The translations under genes were made by a program, and so were the position numbers. The notes under the pieces were generated by a model that saw only the letters and a program-made list of their open reading frames with translations, was not told where the DNA came from and did not search any database. Shown piece by piece: positions 60,892-64,000 of a stretch of DNA of 64,000 bases. Within the stretch, counting starts at the first letter, position 1, and each line of letters opens with the position of its first letter. The stretch is from the NCBI RefSeq assembly GCF_000150275.1, contig NW_002060947.1, positions 5,495,229 through 5,559,228 on the forward strand. Direction: 5' to 3'. Origin of the DNA: Trichoplax adhaerens (lineage: Eukaryota; Animalia; Placozoa).

Positions 60892-63800
60892 ATTGTACAG
60901 CAATGGCAAGAGTTACAAGAATGAATAGTATACGTATATAGTTTCTTTCTTTAGAAATGTCCGAAGTGATTTTTGTAATAAAATTTCACTTGGATTACCG
61001 GGAGTTAACAATTAATTGATTATATATTAGTACCCCTAAAAAAATGATTGATAAAGAACTGATATTAAATGTTGAATTGAATATACAGTATTTATTAGGC
61101 TAAGCAGGTTATCAATAATAAATTGTGAGAAAATTGACTTGATACGAGAAATAAAAAAACGAGATACACGTCGATGCAATAACGTTTTGAAAAAGTGGCA
61201 AGGAATTGAGTTAAGATTCAGTGTTAGAAGAAGAGCATCCTCCAATTAAAATAATAAAAGATGGCCCAAGTACCCAACCATTTCCTACTATACAAAGAGT
61301 AATACCTTCGCTAGTTGATACTTTTGTCAAGTGTATTTGAAACTTCATATCAAGTTTATAAGGTAATTAATTCTTAATATACGTACCATATATATTAAGA
61401 AATGAGAACGATCGAACACACTGCATAAGGAACGTAACTAGGGCAAGGGGCTAAGTAAAAAATCCATTCTTTAGATTTACCATAGTCTTGGCAATCAAAT
61501 CGACAAAAGGTGACTAGCGGTTAACAACATTTATTATCTACTATGTTGGTAACTTTGAATAAATAAAAAATGTTTCAAAGTCTTACATACAGTGCAATGT
61601 AGTTTTATTACAGCCTTCAAGATAGTATTTTAAGAATCCAACTGTGCAGAAGGGGAAGTAGAAATGCACGGGTACTTTATGCTTGTTATAAAGCCTATCA
61701 GACACTTTGAACTTTTGCTAGGATAAATCGATACGGAGACAACATCAATTGAAAGTCAAGTCAGACTAGCGATTAGAAATTAATGAGCGTATGATAATAG
61801 TTAAAGTCTCATTTTGTTTGTAGACAATAATAGAGCCATCCATCCAATCTTTATTTTACTGGCAGACGTCTACGATTGTAGAGAGCAATTAAATAATAAT
61901 TGAAGACTTTTTCCATACTTATCCAGGGACATTTTTCCAATAACCTACTTGATAGTGGTATGACAGAGATGCATGGCGGTTAAAAGATCAAATACTTGGC
62001 AAGCCAAGAATGCAAAGCATGGGAATAATATTTTTTGATTATGTCCCCTGAATCCCTGATTATGTATTAGTGGCCGTGATTCAATTAATTTGCAATGCTA
62101 CGGTAAATATCAAACAGTTTCTTCTCCTTCCTTCACTGAAGAGGGCTGAAAAATGATTCAATAATCGAATTAAGGAGCGTATTAACCTTAGTAATGCAGT
62201 ACTGCATAGACTACTGTACAGTAAGGTCGTAGTATTTCAAATCAACAGCGATTACAAGAATGTTAGTAGCCATTATCTCCTATTCTAATTATCGATATAT
62301 TCAATGAATTTCTATGACGACTGAAGTAATTCCACTAATTGGTGATGGCGACCGTGGTCGAATCTCGTCCACTTTTAGACAATAGGTGAAAAAATAGAGA
62401 TTTGAAATTTCCAGAGTGGATTTAATTGGGTTGAGAGGAGGACGAAAACGTTGGTAAAAACAGACATAAAATCAATCAAGTTGGACTGATGGCGATTGTA
62501 AGCAACTTCATGTATGATATCTTAATCTACGTTATTGTTCACGTTTTTGTTGAGTCAATAATTGCAATAAAATGACGAGATTAGGTATCCATAACACGAC
62601 AGGCTTGAACAGTATGAGGTCATCAAGAGTGAGGGAGTTTGGCCTGGGGCAGTCGTTTATTTAAATAATTTAAGTTCAAGGTAGGCAGCGAGAGCGTCAA
62701 AGTCAATGAATGATCTAATCAAGTTACTTTTCTAGCTTAAGATTGAAGTTTATTGACGGTAAATTAGCCTAGTAGACAAGGGGTTATTACTCATGAAGTG
62801 TATCCTGTCAATGCATGGTATTGGTATTGGAAAGGTTTTAACGGGAGCGTGTATTCTATGCTAAGATAGCGCTGTTATTTTTTGGCAATGATGAATGATG
62901 GCAGATAATTTTCCAGTTGCTAGTATAGTACATGGATGAGTCCCATGGTAGTTATTCAATAATTGCTCTTTACATACCACTCATGATGAAATATAAAATA
63001 AAATGAACGAGAATATGCAAGGTACCAGTTGACAGAGAAACGCAGTAGCAGATACAAGTGATTGTTGTTGTATTGTTGTATGGGAGGAGAAATTATTGCG
63101 GTTACGGAAAGACAGGTTGAAATCAAATATGGCGGATGTAGTTTATGTTGAAGTAGTTAGGAGACGATTGAATTTAATCCCTGGATCATTGACGTCTGGA
63201 ACAGTGAGTAAATACCATCCATGGTGGAATTGGGAACGAGTTGTAAAGTAACTTGCGACTACGAAAGAAACGATGAAGACCTATCAGCAGCGTTAAAGAC
63301 TTGATCGAACAGCCAATGCTGTTTTTAGCTGTATCTTGAGAGTTATTTCAATTAATATTTTATTATGCTAGCCCGATATCATCCAATACAGTATTAGCAT
63401 AACGGTAAGCCCATCAATATCAGATCATTTCTAGTAAATTTCAACTTGCATTACTCTAGTAATGGCTTTTCATAATCGAACGGATTGAATGTCTGTTGAG
63501 GCTGGCGATGAAAATCACCCCATCAAATTGCTATTTACCCAGCTTCAACATAACCGCCATAACGCTAATGCTTGAAGTTCTGTCTATTGCATTATGGAGC
63601 CTGTTGGTAATAGCTTTTTTACTTACCCACTAATGCTGAACATCAAGTTCTTGCTCTACGAATTAACTGGATCGATTCGATCACTCCTCAACATACAACT
63701 AGGTAGAATTTCTTTCCCAAGGAGTCCCTGATATGGATATCTTGGATGCTCTCCTTCTCAATATTTGATCGGTTCAACCCCCAAATTGTTCAACTTGAAC

Positions 63801-64000
63801 GGCCTGCCAAATGTTTCATCCAATGCGCCTACGGACGTTGACTTCCAATGCTAGCCACCACTAAACTAAGTGCTCTAAGTGGAGTGCGTACTCATACTGT
63901 ACTCTACTGAACTAGAGGTATTTCCAGGCTCGAGTATTTGGAAAGCAAGTGGGTGGGTCATGAGTTGCACGACCGGACATGGTGTTGACTTTGACCTGTG

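Noticed and set aside
62340-62420. tRNA-like GGTCGAATC motif
   Set aside because: No cloverleaf or A box can be built
63627-64000. Possible coding exon at the right edge (minus-strand donor at 63626)
   Set aside because: All three frames contain stops; at most a 5' UTR exon of the CPI-motif gene

Overview
AT-rich eukaryotic (animal) genomic DNA with compact GT-AG introns, mostly 60-500 nt. Gene content, intron size, intronless NB-ARC/TPR genes and ACAGT/TACTG pentamer clusters suggest a placozoan (Trichoplax-like) genome; this is an inference. Genes reconstructed by hand from splice signals and recalled family motifs: CEP44 (-, runs off the left edge), an intronless NB-ARC+TPR NLR-like gene (-), an SLC45 sugar/H+ symporter cluster (one relic plus two intact 4-exon genes, +), AGA (+, 12 exons, with a decayed duplicate of its last exon), GRXCR-like (+), a short NDUFC2-like gene (-), an intronless 1176-aa TPR-only gene (-), RBM41 (+), and a capping-protein-interaction (CPI)-motif gene (-). 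Non-genic DNA contains several 115-200 bp tandem arrays, a Tc1/mariner-like MITE carrying two spacer-less 58-bp palindromes, two Helitron-like pieces and a decayed non-LTR reverse transcriptase. The strongest leads are: (i) an NLR-like STAND protein with an unrecognised ~345-aa N-terminal domain and Pro substitutions at both the sensor-1 Arg and the MHD His; (ii) ACAGT/TACTG palindromic pentamer islands upstream of conserved housekeeping genes but not the expanded paralog families. No database searches were run; all family assignments come from recalled motifs.
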